This document shows, piece by piece, positions 1 through 11,654 of a DNA stretch of 64,000 bases. Source of the DNA: Paraspadella gotoi (lineage: Eukaryota; Animalia; Chaetognatha). The stretch is from positions 2,084,311 to 2,148,310 of the forward strand of contig CM119265.1 of NCBI GenBank assembly GCA_051294375.1, in the 5' to 3' direction. Position 1 is the stretch's first letter; the number at the start of each line of letters is the position of its first letter. The position numbers and the translations under genes were made by a program. The notes under the pieces were generated by a model. The model was not told the DNA's origin. It ran no database searches and was given only the letters and a program-made list of their open reading frames with translations.

Positions 1-58
1 AAGATTGCTCCCCTCCCTCCACTGGAAGCAGTGCAGGGTGGTTACAATCTGGGGGGCA

Positions 59-342
59 TGTAGTCGGGCATTGCCTAGGTTCACCCCGCCTATAAGCATG
101 ACTCTTTAAGTTGTGACCCGGTGGCTCATTGAGTAAAGCCATCAGCTCATGACCACTAGGTACCGGGTTCAATCCCAACTCGGTACCTACCCTGCGGGAA
201 GAAGTGAGGACGGCCGTAAGCCGCCTTGGGGCGTGGCAAACCCTCAACCTGGTTCCAGCCCAGGACCCGTTCCATGTCTGCTAGAGGGGGTTATAGAAGT
301 TACGGATAGTCATCTTCAGGCCCACTTAGCGCCTTATCCACA
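59..342 (+). mobile_element. 284-bp LTR (probably a 3' LTR) containing a tRNA-like A/B-box segment; Ajax-like non-autonomous LTR element
   Basis: Has TGT...ACA termini and is preceded by a purine tract (GGGGGGCA, PPT-like). Internal GGTGGCTCATTGAG...GGTTCAATCC boxes. A closely similar 284-bp copy lies at 19105-19388. Confidence 0.7.
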
Positions 343-1553
343 AGAACTAAAGTTACAAAGCGAGCAAAAACCAAGTTACAATTTTGTTTATATTTTACAA
401 AGACAAAGTGGTCATTTCTAAAACACTGGGCCGAGCAGAATGTTCTGACACTTCCATGTGGAGTCGCCATGCCTCTCTGTGGACGTGGACAAGCCCCACA
501 CTTAATGTGGGGTCGTCATGCCTCTCTGTGAGCGTGGACAACCCCCACACTTAGTGTGCCCAGTGGGTCTGGGAGATTTTTCCATCAGTTGCTTTGCTTT
601 CCGGAACTTTGGATCCGGCGGTTGGCTTGCTACCGGTGGCTTAACTGGCCCGTCATTTTTTTCGCAAGAACTGTTCCGACCAGAGCTAAAAACCGGGACC
701 ATTGGGTTCGGAGATGAAGCATTAGCCCAGAGCGCTATTACGGCTCTGATAATTACAATAATTACAATTATTTATTTTATATTATATTATATTTCGCCTC
801 AGTTATTTTCTGTCTTTTTCCCTCTTATTTTTTGACCCTACTTAAGTTGTCCTCATGCGTTCTGCAAATTATTTACTAGTCGGTCTTTTGTCATTCGTTT
901 GTCGATCTCTGAGTCGTAATTTGGCGAAACTCATGACTTTCAAAAGCAGCCATCGCCCCGTCCTGAACTTGAGTTTTACAGGATTTTTATTAACATTTTG
1001 ATATAAAATACAAGTTTCTAAATATTCATCTCTACTTTTCATTCATTCATTTACTAAATATTCAGCGGAAAAGATTCATGAAAACCTACGTCACACTTTT
1101 AAGGGACGGACGACACTGGAACGCTTGATATCACGAGCGTGATATATACCAAGTTATTTCAAAATTTTTGTATTTTTGTATTAGTGTATTCTATATATTG
1201 AAATAAGATTAGAATACAAAGTTTTAATTGTTTTCCTTCTTTTTTTGCATTTATATTATCAAATAAGTCAAGTCACTAAATTAACCGATTTATAAAGTCA
1301 ATTTTTTATTAACGGTTAAGGAAACTCTAAGTTTAATCGTTATTTTATCTTTTACAGCTTTCTAAAGCTTAGTTTATAGAGAGTTAGTTCTAGTTATTAT
1401 TTTTTTATTATTGGTTGCTTCGACTTTGCTCACCGTTGCCTTTTTTCCCCATTTTGACAAAACGCGTGATAATTTTGATTCGATGACCATTGAGTTAAAT
1501 TACTCATTTTCGGCTTTTAATAACCAGCGAAAGCAGAGAAATAAATTACCATC

Positions 1554-3005
1554 ATGGAAAACGACCCCAAGGAAAAGATGGATCCAAAGACAGAGAACGC
1601 CTCTCAAATGGAACCGGAAACGGAGAACGTTTCCGAGATGGAACCGGCGATAGCGAAAGGCGCCGAGGTTCCCTCTGACGACGAGCCCATGGACGATGAT
1701 GCAGGCGACGACGAAATGGAAGATTTTGATCTCGATCTCGAATCCTCTGAAGTCGATCTCGTTCATTGTCGTCTTCGCTCCATCGGTTCCGTCGATTGGG
1801 ATCAGTTCGTCCGCTTGCGGAGTCTCTGCCTGAGGAACAACCTCATCACCAAGCTGGAGCTTCTCGAACCCGTCGCCCACTCCCTCGAGCATCTCGACGT
1901 CTACGACAATCAGATCGTCAAGATCGAAAACCTGGAGTCGCTCGAGAAGTTGGAGAGTCTGGAGGTTTCCTACAATCGGATTCGGACGATCGAGAATCTC
2001 GAGGGTCTCGTCAATCTCAAGAAACTCCTCCTCGTACACAACAAGATTTCCAGGATCCAAAGTTTGGACCCTTTGGTCAATTTGACTTATCTCGAATTGG
2101 GGGACAACAGGATAAGGGAAATTGAAAACTTGTCGACTTTGGTTAACTTGGAGCAACTGTTTCTCGGTAAAAATAAAATCGCCAAGTTACAGAACTTGTC
2201 TCCGCTTCAAAAATTGAGGGTCCTGTCCATTCAGAGCAACAGAATCGTCGTCTTAGAAGGTTTTAAATATTTCCGAAAATCGTCCCAATTTGAGTTAAAT
2301 TTTCAATTCAATATTTTATCAGGTTTAGAAGAATTATCTGCGTTGGAAGAACTTTACATCAGTCACAATGGAATCGCCCGCATCGAGGGTCTGGAAGGCA
2401 ACTTAAATTTAACCACTCTAGACATCGCTGGCAACAGGATCGAAAGGATAGAGAACGTCCAACACCTTGTCAATTTACAGGTAGAATCAAAGATCTATGA
2501 TAGTAAAACTTTCAAAATAAAGCTACAAAACTACGATGAAACATTTGAAGTGGAAAACTAAACTAATCTGTGTAAGAGGGGAATGTCTAAACTGCTACAA
2601 TATGTAAATGAGGTTGAAGAACTCACTCTTTTGAAATGAACCACAAGTTATTCTCCTACAAAACTAATGTTCCAAAACTTTTGACCAATGTTTTTTTTTT
2701 CCTTTTTTAGGAATTTTGGTGTAACAGCAACGGAATAAATCTTTGGTCGGACGTTGATCAACTCAATTCGTTGAAAGCATTGCAGTGCGTTTATCTGGAA
2801 CAAAACCCGATTGCCAAAGTAAATAAAAATATTGATGTAGAATCTCAAGACGTTTGATTTATCATAAAAGTTTTATCAAATGATTTTACTGTAGTATATA
2901 TTATATTCCAAATTGTGATTTTATCTTTTCAAGGACCCAATGTACCGGAGAAAAGTGAAACTTGCTATTCCTCACATTCAACAAATCGACGCGACATTGT
3001 CGTGA
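1554..3005 (+). CDS. PPP1R7: Protein phosphatase 1 regulatory subunit 7 (Sds22), leucine-rich repeat protein; exons 1554-2259, 2323-2480, 2711-2818, 2934-3005
   Basis: SDS22-type LRRs (LxxLxLxxNxIxxIENL) and LRR cap VYLEQNPIAK-DPMYRRKVKLAIPHIQQIDAT. All GT-AG introns are phase-consistent. AATAAA near 3116. Confidence 0.93.
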
Positions 3006-3822
3006 CAATAACGTGTAACAGTTTTCGTCGATATAAATGGCTGTACTTTTTTTTTAAATTGATATTTATTTATTGAAGAATAGTGCATGGTTATCCAATT
3101 TGATTTTAAATGTACAATAAATATCATTATTTTGGTGAAATTATGAAAGTGTAATTTTCAAGTTAAGTAATACCTTTTTTATATATATTGCGTTTTTAAA
3201 AACCCCTTTTTTGGCCTAAGTTTGGAACTTTTTAGATGATTGTTGTTTTTACAGTTTGAAATACATATGATTCTGTTAATTTTTCCTTAAAATGAAATTT
3301 TCTTTTTACCCAGTATATATTAGTCTCATTGTTAGGAGCTAGTGTTTTAGGTGGCGTTTGAATTTCATGTTAGAAAAAACGAGTGTCCCAAGATTTGTCG
3401 CCAGCTGGGTTACAAATAAAAATTGGTTTCACTTAGCGAATGAAAAAAAAGAAAGGGCTTGAATGGCCAGACAGAATACTATTATATTAGCCGAGGAAAA
3501 GATTGTTCTAACATCCGATATTGATTCTGAGAACTCTGCCATTTAAGTCCATTTATGCAACTATAAATTATAATTCTGTATTCATATTTCGGCGCTCACC
3601 CTGCTTCATGACGGCAGCGATACTATCCCCCTCAGCCAATCGTGTCCCTTTTCTCAGATTTCGACCAATGAGAGCCTTCCTTTTCTTTTCTCGTCTCGTC
3701 TCCGTTGGTTGTAACAAAAATCGCCTTGATTTCGTTTTAACAGCCTCATTCATCGTGGGAGAACGTTGCGAAGGAATCGTGCTTGGTTTAAAGAAGTTAA
3801 TTTCTTCTGCAGCTGATCAGTT

Positions 3823-3894
3823 GGCCTGTTGGTCTAGAGGCATGATTCTCGCTTCGGGTGCGAGAGGTCCCGGGTTCGACTCCCGGACAGGCCC
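3823..3894 (+). tRNA. trnP-CGG: tRNA-Pro (anticodon CGG)
   Basis: Acceptor stem GGCCTGT/ACAGGCC, D-arm TGGTCTAGAGG, anticodon arm CTCGC-TTCGGGT-GCGAG, T-loop GGTTCGACTCC, T-rich terminator downstream. Confidence 0.96.
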
Positions 3895-4140
3895 CTTCTT
3901 TTTGGTCAAAATTTTGAAGGCAACCTAACTTGCTATCGAAATAATTCTATTTGAGTCAAATTTTGAATACATATTTATTTCACGTTTGACATATTGATAT
4001 CACATTTGCGTCCAGCTTTGTTTACTGTTTACACAACGACTTTTTGAAAGAATCTTGGTTTTTTTTTGAAAGAAATTTTAGTATAAACTTAAAGGATGTT
4101 TATAGTAATGTTTAGATATGATTTAATAATCTAAAAATAT

Positions 4141-6839
4141 TTACATACAAAGGCTTCTTTCGCTCGAGCAAACTCCTCGTTTTTCGTCGAAACTCATTCC
4201 CTTTGGACAAAAATAGGGACCCGAGACCTGAAAAAGGAAGCAGGGATTCGGAGGACAATCTGTTTCGATAACCCAAGGACATTTATTGAAAAACTGAAAT
4301 TCTAGTCTCTTAAGAGATGATCATAATGATTATTAGGTTATTTAAGTTAGGGGGAAGTTAGATTGAATACTTTTCCCCCTTAAGTTATCACCAAGGCCAA
4401 ATTCATAATTTCTTACCTTTCCTTCGACGCAATTGTAAAACATTGCGCAATTCTCGGGAAAAGGGAACGAACCGTCTTTTTGACATTTTAAACCTAAATA
4501 ATTGGTAATGAGATATAAAAAGATATTTAATTATATTAAACTATCTTTTTTTAAAAATACTTTCAGACAGAAAAAAAAAATACTCTTCTATTATCAATCA
4601 ACAAAAAAAACCTTTGCTCGAAACGGTGACGCTGTCCACGTCGCGTTTGTGATGGTGATGACCGTGATGATGATGACCGTGATGATGATGACCGTGATGG
4701 GATTCATGATGATGATGGTGAGCATGATGGGAATCGTGAGTCTGGTCGTGATGGTGATGATGTTTTTCCTCGTGACTGTGATGAGCTACGGATTCGCGTG
4801 AAGGGGAAAATGAATTAAAATCGAGTAATAAACTGATTTTTATTTAATGTTTTTTGTTTTTCCTTCATTAAATGAAACTTCCCCCCCCCCCAGTTTTTTC
4901 GTGATTTTTTCAGCCTTCCCAAGTTAGTAGTTCCTGTTTTGTTTTTTTTCTGTTTAGCAAAAAAACTACATACATATGTCAACAATTATTTTCCACGTGC
5001 TTACATTCGTGATGGTGATGATGATTGTGCTTGTGATGGTGGGCGTCCGTGTGATGATGGTGAATATCCTCTGCAAAATGAAATCAATGAGATTAACGCG
5101 ATTTGACTAATTTTGATGAGATCAATTTTTCACATTGTGTCCAGTACTTAAGTGTTTGTGATGGTGATGTTCGTAATGGTGATGATCCTTTTCATTGTGA
5201 TGATGCTCTATTGGAAAGGAATTAAGGAATATTTAATATTTTAATAATAACGGATTCTACTTGCTCGTATAATTAATATAATTATCTATTAACTGGTAGG
5301 GTGCTAAACTGTTATATTTATTTATAATTGAGATTTTGTTCTTTCTTAATAAGCTTATAAAATTGTTTCAACCAATATAGAAATTATCCATATCCAATTA
5401 TCCATCATAAAACAAGTTATCTTGCCTTATGACTTTGGATAGGCTACGGTAGATTATACAACTTTGTATATACATTGATATGTTGATTATACATTGTATA
5501 ATATACAAGGCCTCTATCTTTCCAACATGATACTACATAGTACATATACCATAGCAAAAACCAGTTATTTTACAATTCCTAAGGTTCTTTGCTTTCACAA
5601 CAATCCATGAAGTGTTTGTTCACACAATAATTCATTATATCCAATACATCATCCTAAATCAATTTCCCCATCTTGCTTTGTCTCAAATCAAATTCACCGC
5701 AACTCTCACCGATCTTGTGATAATGCTTCCGTTTGTGATGAAGGTGATGATGATGCGTGTGGTGATGTTCCGACCCGTGACTCCCGTGATGATGAGAGGA
5801 CGAGTGATGATGTGTGGACCCATGATCGTGATGGTGATGATGGTGAGATTCGTGGTGATGCCCGTGATGATGGTGAGAATCGTGGTGATGCCCGTGATGA
5901 TGATGATGATGACCGTGATGCGAGTGGTGATCGCGATGCGAATGGTGATGATGACCGTGAGAATGATGGTGATGAGAATCGTGGTGATGGTGATACAGAC
6001 CGAGTTTGTCCGTCGCGTTGGGGTCGGCCACTCGGTCGTCTGGTGAAAAAATCAAAGTCACACGTCAGGAAAGACTTCGGGAAACATGTTTAATAGTTTG
6101 TTTAATGTTTAATAGTTTGTTTAATGTTTAATAGTTTGTTTAATGTTTAATAGTTTGTTTAATGTAGGTTAGACATGAGTGACGCTAAAATTGAAATCGC
6201 CAGTGTTCTCCTTCAGTCTGGTCTCAATACAAAGTCGATTTTTCAAACCGTTTGTTCGTTTATTCTCCGGTGGCACGCACGGGCCAGAGTATTTTCCAAA
6301 CAGCTTCTTAGACTATTGACTACAGGACAGGACCAAATATCCGAGGCGCAGGCGGTCACTTCAGGCTAACCAACTTCTGAGCCTGTTTGTGAAATTGCCA
6401 GTAGGTCAACAGATGAATGAAAACGCATCATTTCAAACGCTTCTCCGATTAACTTACTTATTTCTGTTCTCCCATGTGCGACCCTTACCCTTTTGCTCTA
6501 CCCTCTTCCCATTCTCTTCCTCTTCTCTTTCCCTCTTCCTTTTATTCTGACCAAGTGCCCATTCTCCTCCACTTCCCTTTTTTCTCCTCCCTCTTCTTTT
6601 CCCCTTCTCCCCTCCTCCTCCCCTCATCCCATCCCCCTCCCCTCATCCCCTCCCCCTCTTTTCTCTCCACCGTCCACGATCTTCACGAATTCGAAGTCAT
6701 CCTTCGGATCGGCGGCGTCGGCTGCGGCGGCGTCCTTGATTTCGATCCGTGCCGCGGAAAACTCGGCGCCATCGGCTTGCGGCGCGAATCCGGCGCAGAG
6801 CAGCGCCTCCAGCGCCGCGAGGACGAAGACTAGGAGCAT
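4141..6839 (-). CDS. Secreted histidine-rich protein with a C-terminal chitin-binding type-2 (peritrophin-A/CBM14) domain, ~320 aa; exons 6839-6671, 6039-5710, 5207-5148, 5070-5005, 4785-4612, 4493-4417, 4227-4141
   Basis: Signal peptide MLLVFVLAALEALLCAG followed by four His-rich exons. The last two exons give CQKDGSFPFPENCAMFYNCVEGKVSGPYFCPKGMSFDEKRGVCSSERSLCM, the 6-Cys ChtBD2 pattern. All splice phases are compatible (963 nt). Confidence 0.85.
6088..6165. repeat. 19-bp tandem repeat (TGTTTAATAGTTTGTTTAA) x4, intronic
   Basis: Directly visible. Confidence 0.85.
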
Positions 6840-8186
6840 CGCTGTCAAGGCTTTGGGGAGGCAGGGACTGGCCTGGAGGTCTGTCTAGCGGATTGAATGG
6901 TTGATACAATTTTGTTATTGGTTGTTGTTGACCGACTCTTGTATGTATTATTAAATCTAAATTTAAACCATTTCGTCATTACATATTAGAAATTACTTAA
7001 TAGGTATAAGGCAATATTTTATTCGTTTTTAATTTAATTTATTTTTCATTAATAATTTTAAAATTATCAGAATTTTTTTTTTTTATACCTACTTTGACTT
7101 TGTTTTTCGCTTCCGTTTATTGAAATGAGACGAAAAGCTTTTGAACTTCGCCTTTTTATACGGCCTCTCACTCTTTCTCTCTTGCATCCTCTGTCCCTCG
7201 TCTCTCTCTCTCTCTCTTTCTCTCTCTCACTCTCTCTCTCTCTCTCTCTGTATCAATTTCGCCAATAAAAAACATCGATTTCCTCCCATTTTTTTCTCGT
7301 TCAAAAACCGACGAATGTTTTTTGGCCGAAAAAGATTCGATGGACGGAATTTTGGGTGGGATCAGGCGAGAGAGAGAGAGAGAGAGCGAGCGAGCAAGCA
7401 GGTTTTTCGGGTCAGAATCCATTTTTTATTTCTTGGCTCGAGTTCCCATTTTCCTTACAATTGCCAAAGGTGTGGAAGTGTTGCGTGGAATGGCGTGGAT
7501 GAAAAAAGAAGACCCAAGTCTGTACATTCTCAAAAAGAGAAAAAAATAAAAATAAAAAGAATATTGTATTGTATAATAATAATAATTATCTAACGCAAAA
7601 TAACAACAAGAAATTTTCTATTATGTGACCAGCTCTAGCATAATTTTATAACTTGTAGTTAACCGACGATGATGAGGTGGCTAAGCTTAAGTTATCATGA
7701 AAATCATAACGATTTTATTTTGGGTTACAAAATACTGGAATAAATAACATTAATATTGAAATTAATCCATTGAAATCAATTAACTATATTACTATATTAC
7801 TATAATCAGACGTTAACTGTTGAAAGATGTTGTGACCATCTTTTAACAGAAAACTTCGTAATTTGTTATTCGACCATAATCGTTTCTCTGGAAAAGATCG
7901 GCTGTATGGAACCGTAGTTTTTACGGAATCCAAGGGCCGACGAATCGAACGAGCGACCCTCGAGGCATAGAAAATAATAAACATTTTATACAACTGTTTT
8001 AGTAATGTATAGCAAAACCTAAGCGTAAGCAAGGCTCCACATCACTGCTACATAATTTTTTTTCCAAGCTCGGAATGTTATGAGTTTTGGTTTGTAGAAC
8101 AAAAGTTTAATTTTCATGAAATACTTTTCGGCCTATCATTGGACATTACTTTTTAAAAAATTAAATTTTAAATGAGTGGGATCAAG

Positions 8187-8351
8187 TGTGATATATGTTA
8201 GGCGTTATGTTCCATTCACAATCCTAACGACTTCCCTCTGCGTTGGCAAAGCGAGACCGTCCTAGGGTAACCGCGCCAGTGACTGGAGGCGTCACAGTGT
8301 CGGAAGCCCCCAAAGCCAACAGTGAGATGCCCCATCCCAATGGGCATCACA
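8187..8351 (+). mobile_element. Short LTR-like element (TGTGAT...ATCACA) related to 13253-13433
   Basis: 6-bp terminal inverted repeat. Shares CGCCAGTGA, AAGCCC and the GATGCC...GGGCATC 3' hairpin with 13253-13433. No clear TSD. Confidence 0.4.
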
Positions 8352-8519
8352 GGCAACCCGGCTGTTGCCATAGGGGATTAAAAGCAGAATCGGGAAAAGC
8401 TGTAAAAGACATATGAGAATGAGTGAAGAGATAAATTATAAAATCACTTGTTTTAACGCAAAAAAAAAAAAAAAAAAGAAAAAAGAAGAGAAAACAATTG
8501 GACTGATTGAAGACATAAT

Positions 8520-8649
8520 TCATCCAAGATCGAATACGAGTATGTGATCCGGATGCTTCGTCATCCTCTCATCCACCACACCGCCCACGCAAAAGAGTTT
8601 ATGGGGACGACCCTCTTTCGTGGCAACGACGGTGCAGTGGCATGACAGC

Positions 8650-8707
<58 letters not shown>

Positions 8708-11585
8708 AGAATTCGGCGGGTAAATCTCGATCCTTTCGCCAACTTTCCTCCAGATCGTAGAGAAAGACCTCGGCGGAGACGGCGCCGGCCCAAGGGCCTC
8801 GTCCGCCGACGAGAAGGAGACGCGACGAGGAGATGGGCGAGAGGGTGTGGTTGGCGAGCTGCTTGGGGAGGCCGAGCTCGAGGCTGGACCAGGAGGATGT
8901 GGAGTGATCGAGGAGGTGGAAGTCGTTCAGGCGGCTGGATATATCAAGACGGAGAGGGGAGGGGGAGGCGATCATTCGCGGTAAGCAGCTGATCAGATTA
9001 ATTAATTAATAAATTAAATAATTAATTAATATTAATTTTTTTTATTTGCATCAAAATCGTTTTCCAAAATGTCTCGCCTCTCAATCACAATACAACAAAC
9101 TCGATCACAAAATTAATTAATTAATAAATTAATTATAAAATAATTAATTAATTACTAACTTATTACTAATTATTTAATACCGCTTGAATTTAAATTTAAT
9201 ATTTAAAGAAAAAAAAGCATAATCAAATAGCGAATTAGATTTTTGTTTTTTTAATTTTAATTCATTTCCACTTGGACGATTCCATCGAATCTTGATTTCC
9301 TGCTCAACTTTCCTACCCACATACAAAATTTTAAGTCAATCGCCCAATCCACTAAGGAGTAATTGGCGTTCAAAGCTAACGACTGACGGACAGACGTACG
9401 GACGGACGGACGGACGGACATCAATTTTTCCGCATAATTTATCATAATTCAATGTTCTGAGATGATGTAGGTGTTTTACCGATAAGATTTAGGGATGGGA
9501 CCGACGGACCGACAATGTGAATTATAGAGCCCATCATTATCATATTAATGAATTGAAATTTGAATATTTAAAAATTTGATATTAAGTAAAATATAAAATA
9601 TTAAAAAAATTTCAAAATTAATATAATGAAATTGGTACAACCTATATAAAAATTATCCATCCATTTAATAAATAAGCTATCTTGTCCCTGACTTTGGACA
9701 GGCTTTGGTGGTTTAAGGCCTCCATCACACTTGCAAGATAATAACATAACAGGTTTCTGCAAGCTTTTAATCAAGCCTCTCTCACAGACTTGTTTATTCA
9801 CTCCCAGTGAACCTAGCTTCCTTATAATGTAATTCGTAAGAAGGAAAAACTTAAATTTATTCTTCTATGTAACATCTATATATCTAGTCAATATCTAACT
9901 TACCCTCTCGTTCTCCTAAACAACGCCGCCTTGCCCCACCCATCCAACTCCTCAGTCCTCACCCTTGCTCCCCGATCCCGCCGTGGAGGAAGACCCTCTC
10001 CCCCAAGACCGCGACGGCGAAGTTGAACCGCGGGGAAGGGGAAGACCCCGTCGTTGGATGGAGGGCGAAAGATCGAAGGGCTGGAGTGAAGCGGACGAGT
10101 TGATCCGTGAAGAAGAGGCGAGGGTCGGGGGGCCATTCAACCCACCGTCCGCCGAGGAGGGTGGGGCTGGAGACAGACAAGGGGAAGGGGGTTGGCTGGT
10201 CATCAGAAAATTATTTTATTAAGTTGCGCTTAAGTTAAGCCTTAGCGTTCAATCTTTCACTTGCTCATCGGAAACAATTTATAACATACCTCCCTAATAC
10301 TTTTAATTGATAATGTTGAAAAACTAACTAGCTTTAGAGAAAGAATAAAAACATGTTCGACTCTGGTTTAACTTTAACGTCAAGACAACATCAGACCACA
10401 AAAAAAAAGAAGTAAAATTTAAAAAAAGAAAGCACAAAGTCAAACGAGGCAATATTATTATTGTTATTATTACAAATGATTTATTGCCAACCGATCAATC
10501 AATCATTCCCGCCATACCCGATCCCCTCGTCCCCCGCGGGTCCGAATCCTCCGAAAAAGAAGACGTCATCCCCGTACGTCCACCCGCGGTGTCCGTGTCT
10601 CGCCGTCGGCACCACTTCCGGCGTCACTCGCTCGAAGGTCCCGTCGATTCGGAGAGCGAAGACGCTGTTGACGACGCCTCGCAGGCCGAAGCCGCCAAAG
10701 ATGAAGAGCCGTTCGTCAAGGGCGGCGAAGGCAGCATCGGAAGTCTCCGGAGGGATGTCGCCTTTGGCCGAAGTTCGTCGCCAAGCCACGGAGTCGTCGT
10801 CGACGTCGAAAGAGAAGACGACGTTGGTTGGGAGAAAGTGAGAATGGCCGAGTTGACGTGGAGACGATGACTGAAGAGGGCGTTTGCGGTTTGGCAGGTT
10901 GGGGGGAGGGGATGGAAGGTTGATTTTTTTTTTTATCTTTTTTCTTTGCTTCTTTTCCTTTCTTTTTTTACTTCTTTTTCTTTATTCAATTTTTTTCTTT
11001 CTATCCTTCTTTCTTTTTTTCCTTTTCTGTCTGTATTTCCTTTTCTTTATTTCATTTTCTTTATTTCTTCAATTCTTTTCTTTCTACCCCTTCTTTATTT
11101 TTTTCCTTTTCTGTCTTTATTTCATTTTCTTTATTTCTCTTTCTTTCTTCAATTCTTTTCTTTCTACCCTTCTTTCTTTTTTTATTTTTCTGTCTTTATT
11201 TCATTTTCTTTTCTTTTCTTTCTCTTTCTGCCTCGATTTTTATTTTCTTTCTTAACTTAATTTTTCCCAGTCTCCCTAAGCCCAATTCTCATCCCTCTTC
11301 CTAAGCCCAATCTCTTTCCCACCCAATAAAACCCTCCAGAGCCCAACCTCCTTGAGCTGTTTCTGATTCCCGCCCCAAAATAGAATTCTCGTCCCGAGTT
11401 GCGCCGCCACGAAGCCGTCGCCTCCAAAGAACCTCTTCGCCCTTTTCCACTTTCGACGAGGGATTGGAGGGGAAGGGATGAGACGGAGAGGGAGTGGATC
11501 TGAGAGAGAGAGAGAGAGAGACGCTTTGGTTAAACTTTACAGATGTGGGCCATCGTGGACGTTTCCATCTCTCGTACTTGCAAAG

Positions 11586-11654
<69 letters not shown>

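Noticed and set aside
400-700. Cys-rich minus-strand frame (KCGACPR...FCSAQCFRNDH) with a ~49-bp tandem duplication, reminiscent of a piggyBac C-terminal domain
   Set aside because: Short and interrupted, with no transposase core or TIR visible.
4502-6093. Met/Val-rich and Asp/Arg-rich plus-strand ORFs
   Set aside because: Antisense shadows of the His-rich exons.
10345-10396. Possible minus-strand hammerhead (CTGATGTT...GAACATGT)
   Set aside because: Both core boxes are altered and helix II is unconvincing.
10884-11260. Phe/Leu/Ser-rich ORFs
   Set aside because: T/C-rich low-complexity intron sequence; the same applies to ORFs over (CT)n/(GA)n tracts elsewhere.
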